Below, piece by piece: positions 31,007 through 40,989 of a stretch of DNA of 64,000 bases; position 1 is the first letter of the stretch, and each line of letters begins with the position of its first letter. This stretch comes from an uncultured Acidobacteriota bacterium (lineage in GTDB: Bacteria; Acidobacteriota; Vicinamibacteria; Vicinamibacterales; 2-12-FULL-66-21). The notes below the pieces were generated by a model, which was not told the origin of the DNA, did not search any database, and saw only the letters and a list, made by a program, of their open reading frames with translations. The DNA lies in NCBI GenBank assembly GCA_963774855.1, contig CAVZGT010000012.1, positions 1,246 to 65,245 of the forward strand, given 5' to 3'. Made by a program: the position numbers and the translations under genes.

Positions 31007-31912
31007 TCACGGCTCCACTCCGTGCAGCCACCGGGCCATTCGTCCCGCCACCTCGACGATCCGCGGGCCCGGAACGACAAAGGCCTCATCGTGGACGGCG
31101 TGTACACCTCCGTCCCGGGCCGCCTTGACCAGGGTCTGGCCCCGCCACAGCCCCTCGGTGATCTGCCGGCGGCGATCGGAGTCGGCCGGCGACTCCCCCA
31201 TCTCACCCACGTCGACGATGACGTCGGGCGCCAGGCTGATCACCGTTTCCATCGAGATGCGCGGATACTCGAGTTTGCTCGACGCGAGCACGTTCGTTCC
31301 GCCGGCGATCGCGGCGATGTCGTGCAAGTACGAGCCCGGGCCGACGGCAATGATGTCGGTCAATGTGCCCGTTCGGCGGCCGACGACAATCAGAATCTTT
31401 CGTGGCGATCGTCCGGCGACCGAAGCCTTGACGCGATCGAGACCGGCATTGAGCTCGCTGACGAGCCGTTCTCCCCTGTCGGCGGCATGGGCCGCCGAGC
31501 CGATCTCTCGAATGGCCGCAAATACACCCGGCAACGATCCTCGGTCCACGACAGCGGTCTTGATCCCGAGGGTCCCGAGTTGTGTCAGCACGTTGTTGGG
31601 CCCCGTGTGGACGAAGACCAGGTCGGGCTTCAGCCGCGCGATCGTCTCCGCGTCGGGCTTCAGGAATGTGCCGACCTTCGGTAGAGCCGCGACAGCCGCC
31701 GGGTAGCGGCAATAGATGGACACGCCGACGACGCGATCGCCGAGGCCCAGCGCAAAGAGCGTTTCCGTGATGCTCGGCGACGTCGACACGATGCGCGCCG
31801 GAATCGCGTCCGGCTGCGACCGGCCGGTCATACTCGTGAGCAGCACGAGCAGCGCGATCGCGATGCCCCGCCCGGCGTGCTTGGGGATCACACGCTCTCC
31901 GGCCTTCGTCAT
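31007..31912 (-). CDS. Helical-backbone metal receptor (BtuF-like periplasmic binding protein)
   Basis: RIVSTSPSITETLFALG, YCRYP, LKPDLV, PGPRIVE. Confidence 0.88.
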   Translation of the reverse strand: MTKAGERVIPKHAGRGIAIALLVLLTSMTGRSQPDAIPARIVSTSPSITETLFALGLGDRVVGVSIYCRYPAAVAALPKVGTFLKPDAETIARLKPDLVFVHTGPNNVLTQLGTLGIKTAVVDRGSLPGVFAAIREIGSAAHAADRGERLVSELNAGLDRVKASVAGRSPRKILIVVGRRTGTLTDIIAVGPGSYLHDIAAIAGGTNVLASSKLEYPRISMETVISLAPDVIVDVGEMGESPADSDRRRQITEGLWRGQTLVKAARDGGVHAVHDEAFVVPGPRIVEVAGRMARWLHGVEP

Positions 31913-31929
31913 CAGATTCCTGTCCGGCG

Positions 31930-32511
31930 CTACCAGGCGCGTGAGAAGCGATTGCCGGTCTTGCCCGTGACGTCGCGCAACGACGCGCTCACGCCGGCGT
32001 CGTGTTCGAGCTTGCGGCCAAACAGCCACAGCAAGTCGGACAGCCGGTTCACATAGGAGAGGATCGCGGGTTGAACGGTGGCGCCGGATTCCTGCAGCCG
32101 CACCAGGGAGCGTTCCGCCCGGCGGCAGATCGTGCGCGCCACGTCGTAGGCCGCCGCGGCGCGGTGCTCGCCGGGAATCGACCAATCGGCGAGCATCCCC
32201 TCGATCGCTTCCAGCCGATGGACTTCGGCCGTCAGACGCTCGCTGAGGGCCGGGTCAATCACGATCTGCGGCTTCGGGCTCTCAGCGGGCGTCGCGAGCG
32301 ACGAGCCGATCTTGAAGAGATCCTGTTGAACGCCCTTGGTGAACGCCGCCATCTCCGCGTCCTCGCAGATGGAGCGAGCAAATCCGAGCGATGAATTCAG
32401 CTCGTCGACGGTTCCGTAGGTCTCGACGCGCAGCGATCCCTTCGAGACCCGAACCCCGCCGGCCAGGCTCGTCTCGCCGGCGTCTCCGCGCATGGTGCTG
32501 ATGCTTCTCAT
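31930..32511 (-). CDS. PduO-type ATP:cob(I)alamin adenosyltransferase
   Basis: TMRGDAGETSL, YGTVDELNS, RTICRRAER, YVNRLSDLL. Confidence 0.92.
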   Translation of the reverse strand: MRSISTMRGDAGETSLAGGVRVSKGSLRVETYGTVDELNSSLGFARSICEDAEMAAFTKGVQQDLFKIGSSLATPAESPKPQIVIDPALSERLTAEVHRLEAIEGMLADWSIPGEHRAAAAYDVARTICRRAERSLVRLQESGATVQPAILSYVNRLSDLLWLFGRKLEHDAGVSASLRDVTGKTGNRFSRAW

Positions 32512-33599
32512 AATCTGTTCTCCTTTTCGTACTCACCCTCGGACAGTCGCCGCAAATGCGTGGCGAGCGACCTGAATGTGTCACCGCTCATGTCGGCCGC
32601 GCCGGCCGACAGGTGCCACCCGGCTTCGGAGACCGTGAGCGAGAGGCTGTCCGCGGCCGTGGGCTCCACGGCCGGCGCGTAGCCCTCCCGCTCGAGAACC
32701 GCCCTGGCCATCGCCGCCGGCAACCCGTCCCCACGAACGGCGGCTGTCCCCCGGTCGCCGGTGAGCCAGCGGAAGCCTCGTTCCTCCGGATGGAAACGAA
32801 TCTGCCGTCCCTCGAAGGCCGTCGCGATGCCGCCGGAGAGGATCACATCTTCGGGTGCACCGGTGACGATCTCCCCGCCAGGAAGGAGCAGCCAGACGAC
32901 GTCGGCCGTCCGCAGGGCCAGTTCGAGGTCGTGCGTCGAGACGATCACCGCGAGCGAACCGCCACGCGTCAGCCGCCGCAACAATCCCATCAACTCCACG
33001 CGTGACGGGACATCGAGGAACGCCGTCGGCTCGTCGAGCACCAGCAGCACCGGCTCCTGCGCCAGCGCACGCGCGACCATCACCCGCTGCCGCTCGCCGT
33101 CCGACATCCGGGAAGAGTCGCGATCGGCGAGGTGATTGGCGCCGACCGCGTCGATCGCCCACGAGACGACCTCACGATCCCGGTCTGTCAGACCACCCAA
33201 CCAGCCGGAATGGGGATAGCGTCCGAGCTCGATGATCTGCCGGGCGCGCAGTGACTCGACGGCCACGCGCTCGGTCAGCACGACGCCGAGACGTCGCGCG
33301 AGATCCGACGCTGACAGCGATTCGAGCGGAGTCCCGCCCAGGTCGACGGATCCCCAGAGGGCGGGCTGCATCCGGGCCAGCGTTCGCATCAGCGTTGACT
33401 TGCCGATCCCGTTGGGCCCCAGCAGGCAAACCAGCTCTCCCGGTTCGACCGTGAGATTCACTCGCTCGAGCACGGCTTTCCGCCGGCGCCGGCTGCGGTA
33501 GCCGACCGCCAGATCGCGGGTCCGCAGTGCCGGAGCACGTGCCGCCGACGCGGCGCTCGCGCTCATGCGGCGAACGCCCTTTCGACTCGCCTGAGTCAT
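32508..33599 (-). CDS. Cobalamin/iron-chelate ABC transporter ATPase (BtuD/FepC-like)
   Basis: GPNGIGKST, MSDGERQR, DEPTAFLD, STHDL. Confidence 0.9.
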   Translation of the reverse strand: MTQASRKGVRRMSASAASAARAPALRTRDLAVGYRSRRRRKAVLERVNLTVEPGELVCLLGPNGIGKSTLMRTLARMQPALWGSVDLGGTPLESLSASDLARRLGVVLTERVAVESLRARQIIELGRYPHSGWLGGLTDRDREVVSWAIDAVGANHLADRDSSRMSDGERQRVMVARALAQEPVLLVLDEPTAFLDVPSRVELMGLLRRLTRGGSLAVIVSTHDLELALRTADVVWLLLPGGEIVTGAPEDVILSGGIATAFEGRQIRFHPEERGFRWLTGDRGTAAVRGDGLPAAMARAVLEREGYAPAVEPTAADSLSLTVSEAGWHLSAGAADMSGDTFRSLATHLRRLSEGEYEKENRL

Positions 33600-34720
33600 G
33601 GCTCGCTCAGGGCAGGCCCGCGCCGGCTGCGCAGCAGGACAGCGACGACCACCGGCGCACCGATGATTGAGGTCACGGCATTCAACGGCAATATTCCAGC
33701 ACTGCCGGGCAGAAGCGATACGACCTGCGCGATGAGCGCGAGGGCGCCGCCCATCAGCACGACGGCCGGGACGAGCACGCGATGATTCGACGTCCCCAGG
33801 AGGCCGCGACACAAGTGAGGAATCGCGATGCCGAGAAACGCGATCGGCCCACAAAACGCCGTCACCACCGCGCCGAGGATCGAGGCGCCGAACATGGTCA
33901 GCAGGCGCGCGCGCCGGACGGCCACCCCCATCGAACGCGCGTAGTCTTCACCGAGGAGCAGCGCGTTCAACTGTTTGGTCATCGCCGCGGCGATGAACAC
34001 GCCCGCGATCGTAAGGGGCGCGAAGAGTCGCAGCCGTTCCCAGGTCACGCCGGAGAACGATCCGAACCCCCACTGCGCCAGCTGCATCAGACGCTCCGGC
34101 GAGCTGACGCCGACCAGGACGGTCACAAGCGCCGAAGCCGCATAGCCGAACATCAGACCGAGAATGAGGACGGTGGTCGGGTTGGCGACACGCGACGACA
34201 CGGCGAGAACCAGGGCCAGCACCGCCAGCGCGCCGGCGATGGCCGCGCCGATCAGCAGGGCGTCGCCACGAAGACCAGTCGACGCGCCGAATGCGGCGGC
34301 CACGCTCATGGTTGAGCCGAGCACGACGATCGCCACGCCCAGACTCGCCCCCGACGAAATGCCCAGCGCAAACGGGTCCGCCAGGGGGTTCCGAAAGAGA
34401 GTCTGCATCTGCAGGCCGGCGATGCCGAGGGCCGCCCCGGCGAGCAGTGCGGTCAGCGATCGCGGCAGCCGGATCGCTTCGACCACGATCGCCGCGCCGT
34501 CGCGCTCGGTCGACGTGCCGCCGCACAGGTCAACGAGCACCTCGACCACTCTGCCGATGGGCACGTGCGTCGAGCCGAGCGCGAGCGAGAGCACAAAGGC
34601 GATCGCGAGCCCTGCAGCCAGCCCGCACAGCACCAGCGCCTCACGCGTGCCGTACGTCGCATGCCGCTCGAGAGGTGACGAGCGCTCGACGGTGCGAGGA
34701 GAAGCGGCGTAAACCGTCAT
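33596..34720 (-). CDS. FecCD/BtuC-family ABC permease
   Basis: IRLPRSL, QTLFRNPLADP, GISSGA, LLLGEDYARSMG, GPIAFLG. Confidence 0.92.
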   Translation of the reverse strand: MTVYAASPRTVERSSPLERHATYGTREALVLCGLAAGLAIAFVLSLALGSTHVPIGRVVEVLVDLCGGTSTERDGAAIVVEAIRLPRSLTALLAGAALGIAGLQMQTLFRNPLADPFALGISSGASLGVAIVVLGSTMSVAAAFGASTGLRGDALLIGAAIAGALAVLALVLAVSSRVANPTTVLILGLMFGYAASALVTVLVGVSSPERLMQLAQWGFGSFSGVTWERLRLFAPLTIAGVFIAAAMTKQLNALLLGEDYARSMGVAVRRARLLTMFGASILGAVVTAFCGPIAFLGIAIPHLCRGLLGTSNHRVLVPAVVLMGGALALIAQVVSLLPGSAGILPLNAVTSIIGAPVVVAVLLRSRRGPALSEP

Positions 34721-34731
34721 GATGCCGGCAA

Positions 34732-35940
34732 TCAGCGCGCCGTCTGCGGCCGCGCCGTCTGCGGCCACGCAGGCACTTGGAGGTACCACTGGAGCTCGTG
34801 CTGCGGCACGAGACCCGGGTGGAAGATCCTGACGAGGTCGGCGAGCAGCAGGTCCGGATGCGAGACCGCCCGGGACCAGTAGTCATTCGCGCCAGCCGGC
34901 GTGACGCGACGCTCGTAGACCCACACCTGTCCGGTCCGATACGCCTTGAACTCCCCGTACCGGGGTTCGTCCTTCACCATCTGCGCGAGGCTTGGCCAGC
35001 CACCGCCGTTGATCCAGATGTCGGCGTTGCCGGCCCGGCGGATTTGCGCTTCGAGGTCGATCGTCGCCGAGCCCTCAGCAGTGTTGTCCGCCCAGACGTA
35101 CCGGCCGCCGGCGTCCTCGATCAGGGCGGCCACGTACGATCGGCCGCCGGCGATCACGAAGTCGCCACGCGTGCCGCGTCCGGTCATGATGGTGGGCCTT
35201 CGATCCTGCGGAACCGCCATCGCCCGGGCGCTGAGACTCGTGTAGCGCGCCTTCGTCTCGCTATACAGCCGTTGGGCGGCGTGTTCCTCGTTCAGAAAGA
35301 GCGCCATGTACTTCAGCCACTCCGCTCGCGCGAGCGCCGTGGGCTCCAGCCATTCGTGGTTGGCGACCACGGGCACACCGGCGCCGCGAATGACGGCCAG
35401 GGATGCGCTGGTCGCACTGCCGGTCATGAGCGCGCCAGGCCGCTGGGAGACGACCAGCTCTGTATCGATCGTGGAGATCGGCGCGAACTCCCGGACCTGT
35501 CCACTCGCTGCCCGCTTCAGGATCTCGTCGCCGGTGAGGTGCTTCATTTGCGACACGCCGGTCAGCACGTCCAGTCGCTGCAGGTCGACCAACAGCGGCA
35601 GATGCGTCGTCGACGCCGAGTAGAGCGAGGAGATCGGCACGATGGCGATCTGCGCACTGGCCAGATCGCCGTCGAGCCTCGGGGCCGGGGCTCCGCACTG
35701 CACGAGCACGTACCGCTCGGCCTGACTGTCTGGAACAGCCGCGCGAACACTGACGACCTTGTACGAACGATGGTAGGTCACGCTGAAGTGGACGGCATCC
35801 TCGACCGTCACCTTCGCGGGAAAGTAGTCCTTCGACGGATCGAAGTTGTCGATGCAGCCTCTCGTGACGTTCGACGCCGCCGGGCGGTGGACGAGCAGGA
35901 GTACAAATACCAGGAGAAGAGGACGAATCGCAGGAACCAT
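34732..35940 (-). CDS. Cobalamin/iron ABC substrate-binding protein
   Basis: YFPAKV, EWLEPTALARAEWLK, DAGGRY, NDYWSRAVSHPDLLLADL. Confidence 0.88.
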   Translation of the reverse strand: MVPAIRPLLLVFVLLLVHRPAASNVTRGCIDNFDPSKDYFPAKVTVEDAVHFSVTYHRSYKVVSVRAAVPDSQAERYVLVQCGAPAPRLDGDLASAQIAIVPISSLYSASTTHLPLLVDLQRLDVLTGVSQMKHLTGDEILKRAASGQVREFAPISTIDTELVVSQRPGALMTGSATSASLAVIRGAGVPVVANHEWLEPTALARAEWLKYMALFLNEEHAAQRLYSETKARYTSLSARAMAVPQDRRPTIMTGRGTRGDFVIAGGRSYVAALIEDAGGRYVWADNTAEGSATIDLEAQIRRAGNADIWINGGGWPSLAQMVKDEPRYGEFKAYRTGQVWVYERRVTPAGANDYWSRAVSHPDLLLADLVRIFHPGLVPQHELQWYLQVPAWPQTARPQTAR

Positions 35941-36060
35941 CGACAGGGCCTCCGCGGGCGCGGGGACCATCAGACGGCGACAAGAACTGGCCTGGGAAGG
36001 CGGCCGGAGGCCGGGATTCCAGTGCACACTTTCTGTCGTCGCAGAAAGTCGACCGCAGAA

Positions 36061-36243
36061 CCCTTGGGTAGGTCTCCTGACTCGGAAGGAACGAATCGTG
36101 GTCTTGCCGATTCGCTGGCCGCTTCACCTTCCCCGGCTGTTGGGCCGAGTGGCTATCGAAGCGGCACACCTTCTCTCACAGTGGCGGGACCGCGCCGGAT
36201 TTGCACCGGCTTCCCTTTTATGCCCTCGTGGGCACCCAAGGCG
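36061..36243 (-). ncRNA. Cobalamin (B12) riboswitch
   Basis: Minus strand AAAAGGGAAGCCGGTGCAAATCCGGCGCGGTCCCGCCACTGTGA...GGGAAGG...GAGTCAGGAGACCTACC, P1 CCTTGGGT/ACCCAAGG; upstream of the B12 operon. Confidence 0.95.
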
Positions 36244-36412
36244 AAAACGAAAACCGGATCCTAGCACAACCCGCTGGAGGGCGCGGAAGGTCCGGGTGCC
36301 CAGCTGGTCCTGCGAGCCAGCGTGAAGTGGTAGAGTTACGAGTTGCTCTAGATTGTTCGACACAGGTTCGCACACGCCGGGTTACCGGCCCTGGTGTTGC
36401 GCGCACGGATCA

Positions 36413-37387
36413 ATGGTAAACAGGGACGACAGTGATCGACGGAGAGCGCTGGCCTCGCCGCTGGCGGCCGACGAGTTCCTTCCCGCGTCGACCACCGTCA
36501 GGGTCGATCTCGGGGCGCAATCGCATCAAGGCGTGGTGCGGTCCACGAATGAAGACCACTACCTCGTCATACGGCTTGGCCGGAAGCAGGAAACGGTCGC
36601 GACCAGCCTCCCTGACACGGACCTGCCGCGACGGTTCGAGGAACACGGCTTCCTGATGCTCGTGGCGGACGGGATCGGCGCCGGCGGCTCGGCTTCGGTC
36701 GCGAGTCGTGTGGCTCTCAGCACCGTCGCTCACCTCCTGCTCCATTACGGCAGGTGGAACTTGCGGATCGATCCGGCCATCGCCGCAGAGGTCCTCAGAA
36801 GGTCCAAGGAGCTCTACTCGGAGGTCGACGAGGCGGTGGCGAGGCGCCGCGAAGCCCTTCCGGCGCTCGGCGACATCGCCACCGCGCTCACCGCCGCGTA
36901 CAGCGCCGGCGATCATCTCTTCGTCGCGCACGTCGGCCATTCACGCGCCTACCTCCTGCGGGATGGCTACTTCACGCAACTGACTCGCGATCACACCAGC
37001 ACGCAGTACCACGCGGACACGGGCCGGCCGGTCGCGGTCGAGCGCCGCGGTCAGGATCTGGCTCACATCCTCACGGACGCGATTGGCTCGCGCGGCAGCC
37101 GGCCCGAGGTCGACGTCGAGCACTTCCGCCTGCTCGACGGCGACTGTCTCCTGCTGTGCACCAACGGCCTGACCGACATGGTGGACGACGAGTGCATTGC
37201 GGAGACCCTGTCCCTCCGCCGTCACGCGACCGAGCAGTGCCGCATCCTGGTGGACCTTGCGAATCAGAGGGGCGGAGGAGACAACATCACCGCGATCGTC
37301 GCGCAATACGAGGTGCCGCACGACGTGCGAGACGACGCCCCTGGATTATCGCGCCCGGCGGACCCGCCGTCCGATATCGAGGACTGA
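36413..37387 (+). CDS. PP2C/PPM-family phosphatase-like protein with substituted metal-ligand aspartates
   Basis: RSTNED, VADG and DNIT present; GDSR appears as GHSR and CxDG as CTNG. Confidence 0.85.
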   Translation: MVNRDDSDRRRALASPLAADEFLPASTTVRVDLGAQSHQGVVRSTNEDHYLVIRLGRKQETVATSLPDTDLPRRFEEHGFLMLVADGIGAGGSASVASRVALSTVAHLLLHYGRWNLRIDPAIAAEVLRRSKELYSEVDEAVARRREALPALGDIATALTAAYSAGDHLFVAHVGHSRAYLLRDGYFTQLTRDHTSTQYHADTGRPVAVERRGQDLAHILTDAIGSRGSRPEVDVEHFRLLDGDCLLLCTNGLTDMVDDECIAETLSLRRHATEQCRILVDLANQRGGGDNITAIVAQYEVPHDVRDDAPGLSRPADPPSDIED

Positions 37388-37402
37388 ACCCTCGCGCGGA
37401 TA

Positions 37403-37466
37403 GCGCATGCTCAAACCGCCAGGGTCCGGCTAAAGCCGGATGCCACCTGCGCGGTTTGACAGTCGC
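37403..37466. repeat. Composite palindromic repeat (outer IR plus inner GTGG REP-like hairpin), copy 1
   Basis: TCAAACCGC...GCGGTTTGA flanking GTCCGGCTAAAGCCGGATGCCACC. Confidence 0.7.
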
Positions 37467-37527
37467 AGGGCGAGGCACGTTAACCCGAAACCGGGTGACG
37501 GGCTGATCCGGTGCTACGACGCGCCGA

Positions 37528-40287
37528 TCAGAATGTGAATCGAAAACCGAGGCGCACGGAACGCGGTGGCTGTACTGCCGTGGACGCGCGGAACGCCGGC
37601 CCGGTGACCTCGTCCTCTTCGACCTCGTTGTTGGTGTTGAGAAGATTGAACACTTCCAGGATCAGCGACGCGCGACTACCGCGGGTCCATATCTGCTTCT
37701 CGAGCCTCGTGTCGAGCGTGAACACGTAGGTGAACCGGGTTTTGCCTCGCGGAAGCGAGGGAACGAAATCCACACCCTGTTGCACGTCCGGGGCAATCAC
37801 CACACGCGTGAAGTGCTGGCCATCCTGGTAGCGAGCCGCGGTCCCGCCACGGAAGCCGTACGGCAGGTCGTAGATAGCGGACCACTTGACGACGTATCCG
37901 CGCTCGAAGAAGAGCCGCCCCACCGCGAACGTTCCCGCGTTCGGCTCGCTGAAAACCTCCCCGAGGACGCCCTGATCGTTTTCGTCCGGACGAAAGCCGC
38001 GGTTGCCCCCGGCGCCTTCCGATTTGTGTGCGGTCGCGCCGATGAGTGTGCCCCACCGGCCGTCGAACGGCCGCTCCAGGACGAGGTCGACGCCGTGGTC
38101 GCGCGCCGTGTTGCTGTCGACGTTCTGCAGCACGTACGAATCCCTGCCGAAGCTCGCCGGCAGCCGGTTGAAGATCGGCAACAGCTGATCGTCGTCCGCT
38201 CCCAGCATGTTGAGAGCCGGGTCCTCGACATGGGTCAGCGAGGAGTTGGCCGCGGTGGCGGCGGCGTTGATCGGCTGAATGAGCCTGTAGGTCCGGCGAT
38301 CGGTGGCGCCGAACCGGAGCACCAGATGTTCCGTCAGGCGCGTCTGCAGCACGATCCGCGTTTCCTTCGTACGCGGCGCGTGCAAGTCGTCGGCAATCGC
38401 ATTGAGCCGGCCGTTCGCACAGCACGGACCCACAGCGGCCACGGCCAGGCCGACCTCGCCTGCCTGGAGCCGCCGGTCGCCATTCACGTCATCCCAGCGG
38501 CTGACCGTCCCGGACAGACCATGCGGATCGCCGTAACTCAGGTAATTCAGGGGCAGACGCGACGCGTACCGCGAGTATCCGACCTGGAACGTCAGCCGGT
38601 CGTTCGGCAGCGCGCGCCACGTGCCGCCAATGCTCGGCGACAGCGCCGGCCAGGAAATGTCGCCGCCGACCCCGTCGCGAGACGCCGACACGATCGATGC
38701 CCGGAGGCCGAGCTCGACGTCGAGCGTGGAAATCACCGGGATCACATCCGTCGCCCAGAGCGCCAGTTCCCGGCCGCGCCACTGCGCCGTGACCTCGTCG
38801 GTGCCGTACGCCCAGGCCCGGGCGGGCTGGCCATCCACCAGCTCGCCGATCAGGGAAGCGCCCGGCGCGTCGCGGCTCGTTCCGGTCCACGAGGCGGTGG
38901 CACCGAACTCGGTCAGGTGACGCGTGCCCCACCAGCGCACCGGGCCGGGATCGCCGCGCCAGTCGATCGACATGCGTTGACGACGGCTGGTAGACGTTGC
39001 CGCCATCTCGTAGACCGGCCCGTCGCGCAACCGCTCCATCGTTCCGACAACGGGCACGCCGGACAGCGCCGGCGTCGTGGCGACTCGGGCGTAGGTCAGA
39101 TTCGCGGACCAATTGAGACCCACGAGATCGCGGCGATTCCAGGTGGCGGAGGCAAGCGTCGATCGATTTCGCTCCAGAAGGCCGGGATCGACCAGGGCGG
39201 CGCGGCCGGCCGCCGGAACCAGGAACCGGTCGGCCTGCCCGAACACCCGCAGCTCGTCACGCGCGGTCGCCGTGTAGAGGAGATGCGCCGACAGCGTCTG
39301 CGCGCGGCTTTCAACGGGCGACAGACGCGTTCTCTCCAAACGCGTTGCACGCGCGAAATCCCCCGCCACGAGGAGTCCAAGCCGATCGGACACCGGGCCG
39401 CTGACCACAAATGAGCCGCTGGCCCCCTCGCGAAGCCGTGCGATCGACGGTGCCGCCGGCAGGGGATTCACCGATTGAAACGCCGCCGGCGACACGTCGA
39501 ATTCGATCGTGCGCTGCCAGCTCGGCGCGGGCGTTCGCGGCAGCATCATGACGGACGTGCCGCTTCCGTACCCGTCCGGGGGCAGACCCGCCGTGGTGAC
39601 GGTGACGGCCTCCAGCGTGTCGAGGTTCGGATAGAACATCGCGAAGCCGGTGCGATCGGGATCGGTGACGTCCGCATCGGCCAATCGGAACGAGGTCTGC
39701 GTCCACGACGCACCAGACGCGCCCAGGCGCTGCGGCTCGAGGTACGTGCCCCCGCCCTCGATGCGCTCGGTGACCACGAGCGGGTCGCTGCGTTCAATCA
39801 GCCCGTATACGCCTCCGCTCCGCGGGAGCCGTTCGAGCGCCGCCAACGCGAACCGTGTGCCGTAGGCGGTCCGGCGGGTGCCGGCCACGTGCACTTCGTG
39901 GTCGCCGGCGGACGGCGCCGCCGCGCGAGTGACGTCCACTCTGACGTCGTCGCCAGATGCCACCTGCAGCTGCCGCTCGACCGTGCCGACGATCAGTCGA
40001 TATCGCCCCGGCGGCACGAGCCTGAACCGGACGATTTCCCCGCGGCCCGGCTGCGCCGACCAGGACTGAGATGGATCGGCCAGGGACCTCAGCAGGATCG
40101 GGACGGATGCGTCCGCCGCCAATGGGGCTTGGTCTGCAGATGCAACGTGCACCTCGATTGTGGCGGCAGAACCCTGCGCCAGAGCGACGCTCGTTCGGCC
40201 GGAACACAACACGCCGGCGAGCACGATGCACCATCGCCCGGATCCGCGGACGCACCAACGTCGAACCATCACGAGTCGAGGAGTCAT
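37528..40287 (-). CDS. TonB-dependent-receptor-like outer-membrane protein (start uncertain)
   Basis: Plug-like ALERLPRS, RYQDGQHF, LDTRLEK, EVFNLLN, PPRSVRLGFRFTF*. Confidence 0.8.
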   Translation of the reverse strand: MTPRLVMVRRWCVRGSGRWCIVLAGVLCSGRTSVALAQGSAATIEVHVASADQAPLAADASVPILLRSLADPSQSWSAQPGRGEIVRFRLVPPGRYRLIVGTVERQLQVASGDDVRVDVTRAAAPSAGDHEVHVAGTRRTAYGTRFALAALERLPRSGGVYGLIERSDPLVVTERIEGGGTYLEPQRLGASGASWTQTSFRLADADVTDPDRTGFAMFYPNLDTLEAVTVTTAGLPPDGYGSGTSVMMLPRTPAPSWQRTIEFDVSPAAFQSVNPLPAAPSIARLREGASGSFVVSGPVSDRLGLLVAGDFARATRLERTRLSPVESRAQTLSAHLLYTATARDELRVFGQADRFLVPAAGRAALVDPGLLERNRSTLASATWNRRDLVGLNWSANLTYARVATTPALSGVPVVGTMERLRDGPVYEMAATSTSRRQRMSIDWRGDPGPVRWWGTRHLTEFGATASWTGTSRDAPGASLIGELVDGQPARAWAYGTDEVTAQWRGRELALWATDVIPVISTLDVELGLRASIVSASRDGVGGDISWPALSPSIGGTWRALPNDRLTFQVGYSRYASRLPLNYLSYGDPHGLSGTVSRWDDVNGDRRLQAGEVGLAVAAVGPCCANGRLNAIADDLHAPRTKETRIVLQTRLTEHLVLRFGATDRRTYRLIQPINAAATAANSSLTHVEDPALNMLGADDDQLLPIFNRLPASFGRDSYVLQNVDSNTARDHGVDLVLERPFDGRWGTLIGATAHKSEGAGGNRGFRPDENDQGVLGEVFSEPNAGTFAVGRLFFERGYVVKWSAIYDLPYGFRGGTAARYQDGQHFTRVVIAPDVQQGVDFVPSLPRGKTRFTYVFTLDTRLEKQIWTRGSRASLILEVFNLLNTNNEVEEDEVTGPAFRASTAVQPPRSVRLGFRFTF

Positions 40288-40649
40288 ATGAACATATGGG
40301 AGAGCGGCCGTCCACTGCGTGACGAGCAGCACCGATTCCAGCGGCCATGGCCCAATCAAGACATCATACGCGCGACGCTTAGCCCGACCGCGAGGCATTC
40401 ATACACGCGAGCGCCCGGTGGTCCGGGGCAGCAGCCTCGAATGCCGCACTCTACTCGGAGATTTGTCTGTGGCGGCCACGGTTTTTCTCGCCCTCATCGT
40501 GAGTGCAGCTCATCATTGGCCGGCGTTTCAGATGTCGCGACGGGCAGTTTTGCGCACATATCACACGAATGTTGCGCCGTGTTCACACGGGTGCCAAACA
40601 GAGGCCCTAACATTATCGGGTGTTTGCCTAAAAGTGAGGGGACCCACAC

Positions 40650-40940
40650 ATGCGCACCCGCCCAACGTCTCGTCAGGACACTCGACACGATGTCGGCACG
40701 CTGTGGACAATGGAGCGGCGACATGACAGGGCACGATGCGCGCTGATGCAGTGGCCGGCAGGCTGGGAGCTGCGAGTCGTCTCCGGGGGCGAAACTCTGC
40801 TGACAGAACACTGCACCCACCCGGCTGAGGCGTTCGGCCTCGCGGAACGATGGAAGCGCACCATGCGCGAAAAGGGTTGGCGGCAGGTCGTTCCGCATGC
40901 CGCGCAGCTCCCCCACCGCGACGACCCCCACGCCGCATGA
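40650..40940 (+). CDS. Small hypothetical protein
   Basis: LWTM..ARCAL..WELRV..AERWK..KGW pattern; GAGGGG RBS. Confidence 0.65.
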   Translation: MRTRPTSRQDTRHDVGTLWTMERRHDRARCALMQWPAGWELRVVSGGETLLTEHCTHPAEAFGLAERWKRTMREKGWRQVVPHAAQLPHRDDPHAA

Positions 40941-40989
40941 ACCCCGGACGCCGGCACTCGTCGCAGGCCGCCGACCTGATGAGCTCGAG

